This document shows positions 62,794 through 64,000 of a DNA stretch of 64,000 nucleotides, piece after piece. Each line of letters opens with the position of its first letter. The stretch's first letter is position 1. The translations under genes were made by a program, and so were the position numbers. Source of the DNA: Eledone cirrhosa (lineage: Eukaryota); assembly GCA_964016885.1 (NCBI GenBank), contig OZ024748.1, positions 29,884,001 through 29,948,000 of the forward strand, written 5' to 3'. The notes under the pieces are model-generated. The model worked only from the letters and a program-made list of their open reading frames with translations, searched no databases and was not told where the DNA came from.

Positions 62794-64000
62794 GAAAATT
62801 GAATGCCGAGGTCGTAGCGATGTGGCGATGGCGGTACGGGGAAGGAAAATAAGGCTTTCTGCCTTCGTAGTCGACAACGTGGTGGATGGGATCGGCGTGG
62901 TTATGGGCATCGACGCAATTGGCCATCTAGGAGGCGTCACAGTGAACAACGTCGGTGTGTCGTTTGGCGGCGCCGCATCGGTATGCGCTGTGAGTACGCG
63001 ACAGAAGGCCCACGAGGAGAAATACCCCGCTTACACTGTGCAGGACACAGACTTCGAGGCCGTGTTCGATGGGCAGCGATGGGTTGTTGAGTGGAACTGG
63101 AAGGGAGAACCACCAACACTGAAGACCAAAGTGGGCTGCTATCAACACACATTGAAGGGAGACATTAGGAGCGAGTTCGAGCGAGAGGTAGAGAGATGGA
63201 TTGAGGAGGGCATACTGCTTCCCTGGAAAGAGGAGGTGAAGTGCGGAGTATTATCGTTAATGGCGGTGGCGCAACCCACGAAGAACAAGGTGAGGCCGGT
63301 ACTGGACTTTCGGGAGCTGAACGAGCACGTATCATGCCACACGGGTGGTGAGGTCACGGATGTCTGTGGGGAAACCCTGCGTGAGTGGAGACGCATGACG
63401 GGGGGTTCCGCAATCGTAGATCTAAAGTCGGCATACTTGCAATTGCATATAGATGAGAAGCTCTGGCAGTATCAGCTGGTCAGGTATAAGGGCCGGACAT
63501 ATTGCCTGACCAGGCTCGGTTTCGGGCTGAGCTCCGCACCGAAGATCATGGCGGCGGTCCTCAAGAACATTCTGGGAAAGGCCGACAAGATGAAGATGGC
63601 CACTAATTCCTACATTGACGACATCCTAGTGGACGAGTCTGTGGTGTCGGCGGCGGAGGTCACGAGCCATTTACAGGGGTATGGACTGGCTGCGAAGCCG
63701 TCAGAAGCGTTGGAGGGAGGAGTCGCGCTGGGACTTAGGCTACGGCGAGACAGGACGGGCGTGTTAGTATTCCAGAGGGGAAATGAAGTTCCAGAACTGG
63801 GCCCAAGTATGAGTAGGCGGGAGCTTTTCTCGGCGTGTGGAAAGTTGATGGGTCACTACCCGATTGCTGGGTGGCTCCGGACGGCATGCAGCTATGTCAA
63901 GAGACGAGCGGGAGGGGTGTCTTGGAGTGACAGAGTGGGAGAGAGGACGGTGGTCATGATGCAGGAGATCGTGGAGAGGGTGAAGGTCGACGACCCAGTG
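62681..64000 (+). pseudogene. pol: Pol: protease and RT, partial; TGA right after the protease DTG
   Basis: Frame 2: RALVDTG*, VMGID, KVRPVLDFRELN, IVDLKSAYLQL, LGFGLSSAP, SYIDDILV (YIDD at 63611); open from 62732 to the window end. Confidence 0.9.

Larger units (their letters stand above)
61577..64000 (+). mobile_element. Ty3/Gypsy-type LTR retrotransposon (runs off the window end)
   Basis: LTR-like segment from TGTGG, PBS-like TGGCGACGAG at 61958, gag with two CCHC knuckles, protease, RT. Confidence 0.9.

Overview
AT-rich, microsatellite-dense eukaryotic DNA made almost entirely of transposable elements; no host protein-coding exon could be supported. The tRNA-derived SINE family and microsatellite load suggest an octopod cephalopod (inference). 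Penelope-like retroelements (PLE; RT plus C-terminal GIY-YIG) dominate: family A (1-4203 and a two-headed copy at 32041-35866), a near-intact family B (5897-11159) and relics of several more lineages. Reading by eye finds about 20 type I hammerhead ribozyme (HHR) motifs from at least 12 sequence families. Two short HHR-bearing non-coding units (522 bp and about 467 bp) are arranged like miniature PLEs: circularly permuted partial tandem, an inverted arm, and 3' ends fused to (TA)n. Several near-perfect palindromes have their symmetry axis in an HHR helix. Together this suggests a PLE-driven, (TA)n-targeted retrozyme-like system with hairpin fold-back integration. Also present: a young non-autonomous LTR element (53731-56282), a GC-rich Gypsy element with a -1 frameshift signal (61577 to window end), a Chapaev3-type transposase relic, a non-autonomous Helitron, RTE, Tx1 and R4-type fragments, SINEs and minisatellites. 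All calls are by eye; no searches or folding programs were run.
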